DNA of 64,000 bases from Gammaproteobacteria bacterium. GTDB taxonomy: Bacteria > Pseudomonadota > Gammaproteobacteria > JABABF01. The notes beneath the pieces were generated by a model, which had not been told where the DNA came from, did not search any database, and saw only the letters and a list, made by a program, of their open reading frames with translations. Position 1 is the stretch's first letter. Each line of letters starts with the position of its first letter. Below, one piece after another: positions 1 to 9,616 of the stretch. The DNA is taken from contig OZ244031.1 in the NCBI GenBank assembly GCA_965215045.1, forward strand, positions 1,660,502 to 1,724,501, in the 5' to 3' direction. A program made the position numbers and the translations under genes.

Positions 1-690
1 GACTCGCATGTGGCGGCGATCCTGGAGGCGGCAGCGCAGCGCATCCGCTGGATCATCGTCACCCACACGCATCCCGATCATTCGCCGGCGGCGCAAGCAT
101 TGAAACAGGAGACCGGTGCACTGATGATGGGCAATACCATTCCCGATGACGGTTTCCAGGACACGAGTTTTGCCAGCGAGCACTCCTTCGAACACGGGGA
201 AGTGTTTTCTACTCCCGAGTTTTCATTGCGCGCCCTGCACACCCCGGGACACGTGAGCAATCATTTTTGTTTCCTGGTGCAGGAGGACGGGGTGCTGATG
301 ACCGGCGACCACCTGATGAACGGTTCCACGGTGGTGATCATCCCGCCGCACGGCAACATGGCGGATTACATCAGCTCGCTGCGGCTGTTGCTGGACTATC
401 CCGTGCGCCTGCTGGCACCCGGGCACGGCGACGTGATGGAACATCCGGTGCAGGTGATCGAATGGGTGCTCCAGCATCGCCTGGAGCGGGAAAACAAGGT
501 GTTGCAGGCACTGGAACAGGCGGGTGAAGCAGACCTGGATGCGCTCCTGCCGCGCGTGTACGCGGACGTGGACACTTCCCTGCACGGCGTCGCCCGGTTT
601 TCCCTGTGGGCGCATCTGCTGAAACTGCAGGACGAGGGGCGCGCCGCAGAAGACAAGGGGCTTTGGCGTATTCACACGGGGGGCGACTGA
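1..690 (+). CDS. Metallo-beta-lactamase-fold hydrolase (LACTB2-like), 5'-partial
   Basis: Frame is open from base 1. Shows the HxHxDH motif (THTHPDH), TPGH, TGDH and PGHG, plus a C-terminal winged-helix-like segment. Confidence 0.85.
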   Translation, partial: DSHVAAILEAAAQRIRWIIVTHTHPDHSPAAQALKQETGALMMGNTIPDDGFQDTSFASEHSFEHGEVFSTPEFSLRALHTPGHVSNHFCFLVQEDGVLMTGDHLMNGSTVVIIPPHGNMADYISSLRLLLDYPVRLLAPGHGDVMEHPVQVIEWVLQHRLERENKVLQALEQAGEADLDALLPRVYADVDTSLHGVARFSLWAHLLKLQDEGRAAEDKGLWRIHTGGD

Positions 691-2273
691 TGCCGGAACA
701 TTTACCGCAGACCATGATCCAATTATTGCGGCAGGCTGCAGAACGCGGGGAGCAAACTGCCATCGCCGATGGCGGGACGGAGATCAGCTGGCGGGAACTG
801 GAGCAGCGCGCGCTGGCGGCCGCCCGCGCCTGCATCGCCGCCGGCCTGCAACACGGGGAGCGGGCCGCGATCTGGGCACCCAATATTTTTGAATGGATCG
901 TGGCGGCACTGGGGGTACAGTGTGCGGGGGCGGTGCTGACGCCACTGAATACCCGTTTCAAGGGTCGGGAAGCGGCGTGGATCCTGCGCCGCAGCGGTGC
1001 CCGGCTGCTGTTCACGGTGCGGGGTTTCCTGGACATCGACTACCTGGACATGTTGGCGGGCGAGGACCTGCCCGGGCTGCAACGCATCGTGTTGTTGCGC
1101 GGCGAGGCGCAGGAGGGAGCGCAGGGCTGGGAGGATTTCCTGCATTCTGCGGCGGAACTCCCGGAAGAGGAATTGCAGCGGCGCATGGCCGGGGTCGGGG
1201 GCGAGGACATCCTGGACCTGTTGTTCACCTCGGGCACGACCGGTCATCCCAAGGGCGTGCTGAGCGTCCACGCGCAGAACATCCGGGTGTATGAAACCTG
1301 GAGCAGCACTGTCGGGCTGAACGCCGAAGACCGCTACCTGATCATCAACCCGTTTTTCCATTCCTTCGGCTACAAGGCGGGCTGGCTCGCCTCCCTGATC
1401 CGGGGTTGTAAGATCGTTCCGCTGCCCAGCTTTGATATCGATGCGGTGCTGGAGTGCATTCAGCGCGAACGCATCACCATGCTGCCCGGCCCGCCCACCA
1501 TTTTCCAGTCCCTGCTCGCGCATCCCCGGCGCGGGGAGTACGATCTTTCCAGCCTGCGCCTGGCGGTGACCGGTGCCGCCTCGGTGCCGGTGGAACTGGT
1601 GCGCAAGATTCGCGAGGAACTCGGCTTTGACTCGGTGCTGACCGCCTACGGCCTGACCGAGTCGACGGGCACCGTTTCGATCTGTCACCGGGATGACAGC
1701 GCCGAGACCATCGCCACCACTTCCGGGCGTGCCATGCCCGGGGTGGAACTGCGTTGCATCGATGCCCAGGGCGCAGAGACGCCGCCGGGAGAGCCCGGGG
1801 AATTACTGGTGCGGGGCTACAACGTGATGCGCGGATATTTTGATGACCCGGAAGAAACCGCCCGGGCCATTGACCCCGAGGGCTGGTTGCATACCGGGGA
1901 CGTGGCGGTGATGGATGAGCGCGGGTATATTCGCATCACCGACCGCATCAAGGACATGTTCATCTCCGGCGGCTTCAACTGTTATCCCGCGGAGATTGAA
2001 AATTCCCTGTGCAGCATCCCGGGCGTCTCCCAGGCGGCGGTGGTCGGAATGCCGGATGCGCGCCTGGGGGAGGTGGGTTGCGCTTTCGTGGTGCCCCTGC
2101 CGGACGCCGAACTGGACGAGGAAAAACTGATCGCCTGGTGCCGCAAGAACCTGGCGAATTACAAGGTTCCCCGGCGGGTGATTTTTCGCGACTCCCTGCC
2201 GTTGAATGCCGCCGGCAAGGTTCTTAAAACCGAATTGCGCGCGCTGCTGAAGAGTTCCGGCACCGCGGCATGA
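690..2273 (+). CDS. Acyl-CoA synthetase (AMP-forming), FadD3-like
   Basis: AMP-binding motif LFTSGTTGHPKG, plus YGLTE, GWLHTGD and NYKVP. The ATG overlaps the upstream TGA. Confidence 0.85.
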   Translation: MPEHLPQTMIQLLRQAAERGEQTAIADGGTEISWRELEQRALAAARACIAAGLQHGERAAIWAPNIFEWIVAALGVQCAGAVLTPLNTRFKGREAAWILRRSGARLLFTVRGFLDIDYLDMLAGEDLPGLQRIVLLRGEAQEGAQGWEDFLHSAAELPEEELQRRMAGVGGEDILDLLFTSGTTGHPKGVLSVHAQNIRVYETWSSTVGLNAEDRYLIINPFFHSFGYKAGWLASLIRGCKIVPLPSFDIDAVLECIQRERITMLPGPPTIFQSLLAHPRRGEYDLSSLRLAVTGAASVPVELVRKIREELGFDSVLTAYGLTESTGTVSICHRDDSAETIATTSGRAMPGVELRCIDAQGAETPPGEPGELLVRGYNVMRGYFDDPEETARAIDPEGWLHTGDVAVMDERGYIRITDRIKDMFISGGFNCYPAEIENSLCSIPGVSQAAVVGMPDARLGEVGCAFVVPLPDAELDEEKLIAWCRKNLANYKVPRRVIFRDSLPLNAAGKVLKTELRALLKSSGTAA

Positions 2274-3187
2274 GTGCAGCGGACGTCAGCGGCGGCGGAC
2301 GTCCGGCAGTGCGCGCCTCCGGCCGCTACTCGCCGCTTCTCCTGCTGAGCCTCGCCTGCGTCGCCTGCACCACATCACACCGGGTGCAGGACATGAGCGA
2401 TGCGGTCTGCGGTGCGCGAAAGGCCGGCGGGCCACCGTTTCCGCGCCTGCAGCAGCGTTTCCCCGCACTCGATGAGAGCACCGCGTACTCCGTGCAGAGA
2501 GATTGCACCCGGCGGCTGCTCCGGCGGGGGGAGCGCATCGCGGGTTACAAGGCCGGGTTGACGGGCAGCGGGCAGCCCGCCCGCTTCGGTCTTTCGCGGG
2601 AGGCGTTGGGCGTGTTGCTGCACGCAGCTCGCCTGCACCCCCAGCCGTCGGGCATCTATCGCGTGCCGGTACAGGACTACCATCGCCCGATGATCGAAAT
2701 GGAGACGGCCCTGTTGCTGGGCGAAGACCTGCACGCCTCCCTGCCGGATGTCGCCACCTTGAAGCGGGTGGTTGCGGGAGTAGCGGCGGCAGTGGAATTG
2801 CCGGACCTGGGTTTTACCGGGGGCGGGCTGCCGACGGGCCCGGAACTGGTGGCGGCCAATGTTTCAGCGCGTTACTTCATCCTGGGCCCCCTGCATCCAC
2901 CACGGTACACGGAACTGGATGCCCTGCGGGTGGAATTGCGCCGTGACGGGCGGGTGGTGCATCGGGGGCGGGGCACGGACCTCGCCCTGCCGCAGTGGGA
3001 GATGGGGCGGCGCCTGCTTAACCGGCTCCTGGCCCGGGGATACAGCTTGCGACAGGGACAGATTCTTTTGACCGGGGCGATGGGCGGTTTGCATCCCGCA
3101 CAAGCCGGGGAATACGAGGCTGATTTCGGTGCCCTGGGCCTGGTTCGTTTCCGGGTTCCGGGAGAGCGGGCCGAGACATCCCCCTGA
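2270..3187 (+). CDS. 2-keto-4-pentenoate hydratase / FAH-superfamily protein with a hydrophobic N-terminal segment
   Basis: AYSVQ...GYKAGLT, E-x-E (IEME), ELPD and GQILLTGA motifs. ATGA overlap with the upstream gene. Confidence 0.75.
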   Translation: MSAADVSGGGRPAVRASGRYSPLLLLSLACVACTTSHRVQDMSDAVCGARKAGGPPFPRLQQRFPALDESTAYSVQRDCTRRLLRRGERIAGYKAGLTGSGQPARFGLSREALGVLLHAARLHPQPSGIYRVPVQDYHRPMIEMETALLLGEDLHASLPDVATLKRVVAGVAAAVELPDLGFTGGGLPTGPELVAANVSARYFILGPLHPPRYTELDALRVELRRDGRVVHRGRGTDLALPQWEMGRRLLNRLLARGYSLRQGQILLTGAMGGLHPAQAGEYEADFGALGLVRFRVPGERAETSP

Positions 3188-3239
3188 AGCCGGGGAACGT
3201 CCGGGACGATGCCCCGGCAGTTCCCGGGAACCGCCGGCC

Positions 3240-3316
3240 TGGCGCCCCGGACAGGACTCGAACCTGTAACCTGCTCCTTAGGAGGGAGCCGCGCTATCCA
3301 GTTGTGCCACCGGGGC
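3240..3316 (-). tRNA. tRNA-Arg (anticodon CCT)
   Basis: Reverse complement GCCCCGGTGGCACAACTGGATAGCGCGGCTCCCTCCTAAGGAGCAGGTTACAGGTTCGAGTCCTGTCCGGGGCGCCA folds as a cloverleaf with a GTTCGA T-loop and a CCA end. Confidence 0.95.
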
Positions 3317-3321
3317 GAAGT

Positions 3322-3861
3322 TTATTCCCCTGCGTTTTGCGCATCCCCGTGATCGGTTTCATCATCGACGACGATCTGCAGGTTCTGCGCCCGCCACCCG
3401 CGTTCGGTTTGCCGGGCCTGGAAGCGCACGGCCTGTCCTTCCCGGAGCAGGGGGCGGATTTTATCTCGCTGGCTCCTGGGCATGTCATTGAGATGAAAAA
3501 ATATTTCCTCGCCATCTTCATCACTGGTGATAAAGCCGTAATTATCGGTGCCGTACCAGCGGATCACGCCGCTGCCCTGCCGGCGTTTACGCGCGGGCTG
3601 CTCTTCCGGCTGTGCACTTGGGGCACTGGCCCGCCGGTCCGCCCGTGGTTCTTCCCCCGGTGCCGTCTTTCCAGGCACCGGACGCAGCAGGGAACTGAGA
3701 AAATCACCCAGGTAGGCACCCGCCAGGGCCAGGGAGACGGCGATCACGCCCGAGATGATTCTTTCGTTCCCGCTTTCACGCCACGGAAGGTCGAAGACCA
3801 GTGCGGCGGTACTGAACAGGAGGGCAATACAGGCGAGGCGCAGAACCAGGGTCAGCAACAT
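3322..3861 (-). CDS. Membrane-anchored cold-shock-domain protein
   Basis: Two N-terminal hydrophobic helices, then a CSD (GVIRWY...NYGFI...EIFFH...GQAVRF...GWRAQNL). Start placed at the ATG at 3861. Confidence 0.75.
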   Translation of the reverse strand: MLLTLVLRLACIALLFSTAALVFDLPWRESGNERIISGVIAVSLALAGAYLGDFLSSLLRPVPGKTAPGEEPRADRRASAPSAQPEEQPARKRRQGSGVIRWYGTDNYGFITSDEDGEEIFFHLNDMPRSQRDKIRPLLREGQAVRFQARQTERGWRAQNLQIVVDDETDHGDAQNAGE

Positions 3862-3951
3862 TTGTTCACTCCATTGGCGGGAGGTGACAAGTATAACACC
3901 GCGTATGCATGGTCCCCGGTGTCCGTTTCCCCCGGCCCCCGCCGGCATTGT

Positions 3952-5286
3952 TTACAGGCGGCTTTCCAGGTAATGGATGTCGACACCACCGTGACAGAAA
4001 TTGGCATCGCGCACCAGTTCCCGGTGCAGCGGGACGTTGGTGTGGATACCATCGATCACCAGCTCCTCCAGTGCCTGGCGCATCCGCGCCAGGGCAATCT
4101 CGCGGTTGTTGCCAAAGCTGATAATTTTACCGATCAGCGAATCATAATTTGGCGGCACGATGTAGCCGCCGTAGATATGCGAGTCGATGCGGATGCCGTT
4201 GCCGCCCGGGGGATGAAAACGACTGATCCGTCCCGGGGATGGCTTGAAGTTCTTGGCGTTTTCAGCATTGATGCGGCATTCCAGGGCGTGTCCCCTGAGG
4301 CGGATATCCTCCTGGCGCAAGCGCAGTGCCTCCCCGCTGGCGATGCGCAGCTGTTCACAGACAATATCGACTCCCGTGACCATCTCGGTCACGGGGTGCT
4401 CCACCTGGATGCGCGTGTTCATCTCGATGAAAAAAAACTGCTCATCCATGTAAAGAAATTCAAAAGTGCCGGCACCGCGGTACTTGAATTGCTGGCAGGC
4501 GGCGACGCATCGTTCGGCGATCTCCTGGCGCAGGGCCAGGGGAATGCCCGGTGCCGGCGCTTCTTCGAGAATTTTCTGATGACGGCGCTGCAGGGAACAA
4601 TCGCGGTCCCAGAGGTGGATGGCCTGCCCCTGACCGTCGCCCAGTACCTGGATCTCGACATGGCGCGGCTTGGCCAGGAATTTCTCCATGTACAAGGTGT
4701 CATCCCCGAAACCGGCCTGTGCCTCGCTGCGCGTCAGGGAGATGGCCTTGAGCAGGTTGCTCTCATTGTGTACCACGCGCATGCCGCGTCCGCCGCCGCC
4801 GGCAGCCGCCTTGATCATGATCGGGTAGCCGAGTTCCCGCCCCAGGGCGAGGTTTTGTTGCTCATCGTCACCCAGGGCGCCGTCTGAGCCGGGCACGGTC
4901 GGCACGCCCGCCTCCTTCATGGCCCGCACGGCACTGATCTTGTCGCCCATCATGCGAATGACTTCGGGGGTTGGGCCGATGAAGATGAAGCCGCTTTTTT
5001 CAACCTGCTCGGCAAAATCCGCGTTTTCCGCCAGGAAGCCATAACCGGGGTGCACCGCCGAGGCGTCGCTCAATTCGGCGGCACTGATGATCGCCGGGAT
5101 GTTCAGGTAACTTTCCGCCGGCGCTGCCGGGCCGATACATACCGACTCGTCGGCCAGGCGTACATGCTTGAGATCCCGGTCCGCCTGGGAATAAATAGCG
5201 ACTGTCTGGATGCCCATCTCCCGGCAGGCGCGCAGGATGCGGAGCGCAATTTCTCCGCGGTTGGCGATAACAAGCTTTTCCAGCAT
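3952..5286 (-). CDS. accC: Acetyl-CoA carboxylase, biotin carboxylase subunit
   Basis: [26 protein letters not shown] and [14 protein letters not shown]. Confidence 0.97.
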   Translation of the reverse strand: MLEKLVIANRGEIALRILRACREMGIQTVAIYSQADRDLKHVRLADESVCIGPAAPAESYLNIPAIISAAELSDASAVHPGYGFLAENADFAEQVEKSGFIFIGPTPEVIRMMGDKISAVRAMKEAGVPTVPGSDGALGDDEQQNLALGRELGYPIMIKAAAGGGGRGMRVVHNESNLLKAISLTRSEAQAGFGDDTLYMEKFLAKPRHVEIQVLGDGQGQAIHLWDRDCSLQRRHQKILEEAPAPGIPLALRQEIAERCVAACQQFKYRGAGTFEFLYMDEQFFFIEMNTRIQVEHPVTEMVTGVDIVCEQLRIASGEALRLRQEDIRLRGHALECRINAENAKNFKPSPGRISRFHPPGGNGIRIDSHIYGGYIVPPNYDSLIGKIISFGNNREIALARMRQALEELVIDGIHTNVPLHRELVRDANFCHGGVDIHYLESRL

Positions 5287-5304
5287 GGGGCCGGTGATCG
5301 CCGC

Positions 5305-5769
5305 TCAGGCGATCCGGAACAGGGGCTGGTCAAACTCCACCGGCGCCCCGTTCTCGACGAGAATCGCCTCGATGACCCCGGGACGGTCCGCCTCGATCTG
5401 GTTCATCATTTTCATCGCTTCAATGATGCAGACCGTCTGGCCCACCTCCACGTGCTGCCCGACGTTGACGAAGGGATCGGCATCGGGAGCGGGGGCGCGG
5501 TAAAAGGTGCCCACCATCGGTGAGCGCAGCACGGGTCCATCGGCAGACTTTTGCGCCTGGGCCGGGGTCTCGCCGGCGGCTGGCGGTTTGGGGACGGCTG
5601 GTGCTGGAGACGGGGCGGGCGGGGGCGCAGCCGGTGCTTGTGTCTCCGCTGCAGACACTGCCCCGTGGCGACGGATGCGTACCGATTCCTCTCCCTCGTG
5701 TACCTCGATCTCGCTGAGACCGGAATCCTCCAGCAACTCGATCAGTTTTTTGATTTTACGTATATCCAT
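5305..5769 (-). CDS. accB: Biotin carboxyl carrier protein
   Basis: [13 protein letters not shown]-terminus, Pro/Ala linker and EAMKM biotinylation motif. Confidence 0.97.
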   Translation of the reverse strand: MDIRKIKKLIELLEDSGLSEIEVHEGEESVRIRRHGAVSAAETQAPAAPPPAPSPAPAVPKPPAAGETPAQAQKSADGPVLRSPMVGTFYRAPAPDADPFVNVGQHVEVGQTVCIIEAMKMMNQIEADRPGVIEAILVENGAPVEFDQPLFRIA

Positions 5770-5781
5770 CTCCCGAAACGC

Positions 5782-6426
5782 TTATTCCTGTGGACGGAAC
5801 TTGCGGGCCAGCAGGTGATCGATGCTGACATGCCGCCCGCCACCATAGAACATCAGCACCAGCAGCATCAGCAGGTAGGTGACGGCGAATTCGATGCCGT
5901 TGTTGAGGACGACCAGGGGGCCGCGGTCGGTAAGCCTGTCGTAATCCCCGTGCTGGCGCAACAGGCTGCGTACTTCCCGCAGACGCTGGGACACCACCTC
6001 GCTGTTTTCCAGGCTTTTTTCGGCACCGGGCACGTTCAGCACCACGCCGGCACGCGCCGGACTGGTGGCCGTGTTGCTGGGAGCGATGGCGAACCAGCCA
6101 TGACTCCAATGCACGGTGATGATCGCCACCAACATGGTCGCCGCCAGGGGAGCGGATGCCCAGCGTACCGCCAGCCCCAGCATCAGTAGAATGCCGCCGA
6201 CCAGTTCGGCGGAGGCGGCCAGGAAGCACATCGGGCCGGCAAAGGGGATGCCCAGGGATTCAAACCAGGCGACCGTGCCGGCAAAATTCTCAAACTTGTT
6301 CCAACCGGCGATCATCATCACCGGTGCCAGGAACAGGCGCATCCCCAGCAGCGGCAGACCATCCAAGACGTCGAACCTGGCGATGCAATCGTGCACCTTG
6401 TTGTAATAAGCGACTAGAGTTTTCAT
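5782..6426 (-). CDS. DoxX-family membrane protein (resembles the HvfX-type subfamily)
   Basis: LR-xxx-P...AGWNK, E-xx-GG-LL-xx-GL-xx-R, VHW-x-HGW and LNNGIEFA motifs. Confidence 0.75.
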   Translation of the reverse strand: MKTLVAYYNKVHDCIARFDVLDGLPLLGMRLFLAPVMMIAGWNKFENFAGTVAWFESLGIPFAGPMCFLAASAELVGGILLMLGLAVRWASAPLAATMLVAIITVHWSHGWFAIAPSNTATSPARAGVVLNVPGAEKSLENSEVVSQRLREVRSLLRQHGDYDRLTDRGPLVVLNNGIEFAVTYLLMLLVLMFYGGGRHVSIDHLLARKFRPQE

Positions 6427-6592
6427 CGGACAAGTTCCCCCGAAGAATCAAGCAGGTCGATGCATTATAAACACTTTTTTACCGAATTTACGCTAAAGAT
6501 AGGGGCTTTTTATCGGTCGGACGAAAATGGCCCGTCTGCACCCCGGTCGCAAGTTGCGGCCCGCTCCTTGAAGTGGTATTCCCCGGTTATTT

Positions 6593-7363
6593 TCAGCGAC
6601 CGGGCGTGCGCTCTCCTGCTCCGCACACGGGACAGCGGGGATCCGGGGGCAGCTTGAGAGCGCGCCACTCGCCTTGCAGGCCATCGAACAGCAGTAATCG
6701 CCCGTGCAGGGATCTGCCAATGCCGGCCAGTATTTTCAGGGCTTCCACCGCTTGCATGGCACCGATGACGCCGACAATGGGCGAAAGCACCCCGCTGTCG
6801 GCGCAGGAATGCCGGGCCGATTGCACCGCTGCCTCATCGTACAGGCAGCGGTAACAGGGGCCGGTCCCCTGGCGATGATCAAACACCGCCACCTGGCCTT
6901 CCATGCGAATTGCCGCCCCGAACACCAACGGGGTTCGCAACCGCTGGGCGACACGGTTCAGGGCAAAGCGGGTTTCAAAGTTGTCGCTGGCGTCCAGCAC
7001 CAGGTCGGCATCCGCCACGTGTTCAGCAGCACTCTGTTCATCGAGGCGCTCAGTAACGGTATCGATGTGAATCTCCGGGTTCAGTGCCCGCAGCGTGGCA
7101 GAGGCGGAGGTGGTCTTGGACGCATCGATATCGGCGGTGGCGTGAGCGATCTGTCGTTGCAGGTTCATGAGCTCCACGCGCTCATCATCGGCCAGGCACA
7201 GGCGTCCGACGCCGGCGGCGGCCAGGTACATGGCTGCCGGACAACCCAGTCCGCCCAGCCCGACCACCAGCACCTGTGAGCGCAGCAGGGTCTGTTGCCC
7301 CTTCATCCCCAATTCCGGCAGCATCAGCTGGCGACTGTAGCGCAGCAACTGGGTATCTTTCAT
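6593..7363 (-). CDS. moeB: MoeB/ThiF-family adenylyltransferase
   Basis: RYSRQ, GLGGLG, NLQRQ, CYRC and CPVC motifs. Start MKDTQ overlaps the prmC stop. Confidence 0.88.
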   Translation of the reverse strand: MKDTQLLRYSRQLMLPELGMKGQQTLLRSQVLVVGLGGLGCPAAMYLAAAGVGRLCLADDERVELMNLQRQIAHATADIDASKTTSASATLRALNPEIHIDTVTERLDEQSAAEHVADADLVLDASDNFETRFALNRVAQRLRTPLVFGAAIRMEGQVAVFDHRQGTGPCYRCLYDEAAVQSARHSCADSGVLSPIVGVIGAMQAVEALKILAGIGRSLHGRLLLFDGLQGEWRALKLPPDPRCPVCGAGERTPGR

Positions 7364-8184
7364 GCCACCCGCCCGATGCTGAGGCGCGGTTTGCGGTTGA
7401 GATCGCGCATCGTGCGCACCTCCCGGTAATGATGCGCTCGCAGGCGTCGGCGCACCGCCCCGGCCTGCCATGGAGCGTGTTCCAGTAGCAGGAAACCTCC
7501 TTTCTGCAGGCGGGAGACCGCCTGGCGGACCAGCGTGTCCAGGGCGCGCAGCCCCGCGGCCAGTGCCAGGCGCGGCTCATAACACAGTGGCGGGCGGTCC
7601 AGCACCGGGTCGTCGACATCCACGTACGGCGGGTTACAGAGGATCATGGCAAACGAGTGCCTGCGCAGTCCCGCGCACCAGTCGGCGCAGACCAGCTGCA
7701 CGTTGTGCAGTCCCAGGCGACGGTGATTTTGTGCGGCCAGGGACAATGCCCGGCGGCTGAGATCGGTGGCGAGAATTTGCCAGTCGGGGCGTTCCCGGGC
7801 CAGTGCCAACGCCACGGCACCGCTGCCGACGCCGAGTTCGGCCACGCGCTGCGGTGTGGCCGGCAGCAATTGCAGGGCGGTCTCCACCAGCAGTTCCGTC
7901 TCCGGGCGCGGCATCAACGCCCGGGCGTCGATTTCCAATTCCAGCTTCCAGAACGCCTGGTGGCCGCGCAGGTAGGCGAGCGGCTCGCCGCGGCGTCGGC
8001 GGGCGAGCAGGCTCTCAAAGCGGTCTTCGCTAACGGCGTCCACCTCCTGTTCCGGGTGGGCGTACAGCTGGCTCTGCTGCGTCTCCAGGCAATGACAGAG
8101 CAGCAGTTCCACATCCAGGCGCGGGCTTTCGCTGACGGCGCGCAATTCCTCCGCCCGATGCAGCAGGTGCTGTATCGTGCTCAC
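7360..8184 (-). CDS. prmC: Release factor glutamine methyltransferase
   Basis: RRRGEPLAY, PRPETE, G-x-GSG SAM-binding motif and NPPY. Confidence 0.93.
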   Translation of the reverse strand: MSTIQHLLHRAEELRAVSESPRLDVELLLCHCLETQQSQLYAHPEQEVDAVSEDRFESLLARRRRGEPLAYLRGHQAFWKLELEIDARALMPRPETELLVETALQLLPATPQRVAELGVGSGAVALALARERPDWQILATDLSRRALSLAAQNHRRLGLHNVQLVCADWCAGLRRHSFAMILCNPPYVDVDDPVLDRPPLCYEPRLALAAGLRALDTLVRQAVSRLQKGGFLLLEHAPWQAGAVRRRLRAHHYREVRTMRDLNRKPRLSIGRVA

Positions 8185-9395
8185 GGGGAGGCGGGACGGA
8201 GCTCGGCGATCGTCTCCAGGATGCGCACCGCCAGTTGTCGCTTGGAACTCTTGGGCAGGTCCCGACGCCCATCCTGCCAGAGAATGCTGAGTTCGTTGTC
8301 CGGGCTGTCAAAGCCGATATCTGTGCGGGAGACGTCATTGACAATCATCAGGTCTGCGCCCTTGGCTTGCAGTTTGTCGCGGGCACCCTGCAGGGGCTCG
8401 GCGGTCTCGGCGGCAAAGCCGACGGTGAACGGTGCCGCATCGAGGGCAGCCACCTCCGCCAGGATATCCGGGTTCTGCACCAGTTCAATGCGGAGTTTTT
8501 CCTGCCCACTGCGGATTTTTTGCGGTGCTTCCCGGGCCGGCCGATAATCTGCAACCGCGGCAGCGGCGATAAACACTTCGCAATCTGCGATGTGCTGCAG
8601 GACCGCCTCGCGCATCTGCAGTGCCGAACGCACGTCGATACGCTGCACGTGTTCGGGCGTCGGCAGTGCGCAGGGGCCTGCCACCAACGTGAGCTGCGCC
8701 CCGGCATCCACCCCCGCTCGGGCCAGGGCAAAACCCATGCGTCCGGAACTGCGGTTGCCCAGGTAGCGCACGGGGTCCAGTGCCTCGTGCGTGGGCCCGG
8801 CACTGACCAAGAGCCGCACCCCCTCGAGCAGGCGGGTGTTGAAACAGGCACTCACTGCATTGTGCAGCTCCTGGGCTTCCAACATGCGCCCGGGCCCGGT
8901 ATCGCCGCAGGCCTGCTCGCCGACCGCCGGCCCCCAGAGATGCACCTTGCGCTCTTCCAGGATGCGGCAATTCTGTTGCGTGGCGGCATCCCGCCACATC
9001 TGCTGGTTCATCGCCGGTGCCACCGCCAGCGGTGCCGCACTGGCCAGGCACACCGCCGCCAGCAGTTCATCGGCGCGACCTGCGGCCAGGCGGGCGAGAA
9101 AATCCGCCGTCGCCGGTGCCACGAGTACCAGGTCTGCCCAGCGCGCCAGCTCGATGTGTCCCATGGCCGCCTCCGCCTCGGTATCCAGCAACCCGGTGTG
9201 CACCGGCTGGCCGGACAGTGCCTGCATGGTCAGCGGGGTGATGAACTCCGTGGCTGCCGGGCTCATGACCACGCGCACCTCGGCACCGGCGGTGCGCAGC
9301 AGGCGTACCAGTTCTGCGCTCTTGTAGGCGGCGATGCCGCCGCTTATGCCGAGCAGGATGCGGCGGTTATGCAGGGTGGGAGTCTGCGCGTTCAT
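8181..9395 (-). CDS. coaBC: Phosphopantothenoylcysteine decarboxylase/ligase
   Basis: GGIAAYK, APAMN, ACGDTGPGRM, DPVRY-x-GNRSSG and GFAAET. Confidence 0.96.
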   Translation of the reverse strand: MNAQTPTLHNRRILLGISGGIAAYKSAELVRLLRTAGAEVRVVMSPAATEFITPLTMQALSGQPVHTGLLDTEAEAAMGHIELARWADLVLVAPATADFLARLAAGRADELLAAVCLASAAPLAVAPAMNQQMWRDAATQQNCRILEERKVHLWGPAVGEQACGDTGPGRMLEAQELHNAVSACFNTRLLEGVRLLVSAGPTHEALDPVRYLGNRSSGRMGFALARAGVDAGAQLTLVAGPCALPTPEHVQRIDVRSALQMREAVLQHIADCEVFIAAAAVADYRPAREAPQKIRSGQEKLRIELVQNPDILAEVAALDAAPFTVGFAAETAEPLQGARDKLQAKGADLMIVNDVSRTDIGFDSPDNELSILWQDGRRDLPKSSKRQLAVRILETIAELRPASP

Positions 9396-9616
9396 CGGCG
9401 AGGCAATGAATAGGCGAGGAGATAGCGTATTGTACGCAGTATTGCACGAAGCAGTGGGGTGTCATCCCCCTTGGCGGCACCCCGGAACGCCGGCCTGCAG
9501 TGCGTTTTGCGGTTCCTTGTGCTGCAGCGCTCACTGTCCCGGTGTGTCTTGCAGTGTGCGACCCGCTGCCGGCGCAAGGCCTTGGCGGGCCTGGGGGGAC
9601 TTTCCGGGTCTGCCCG

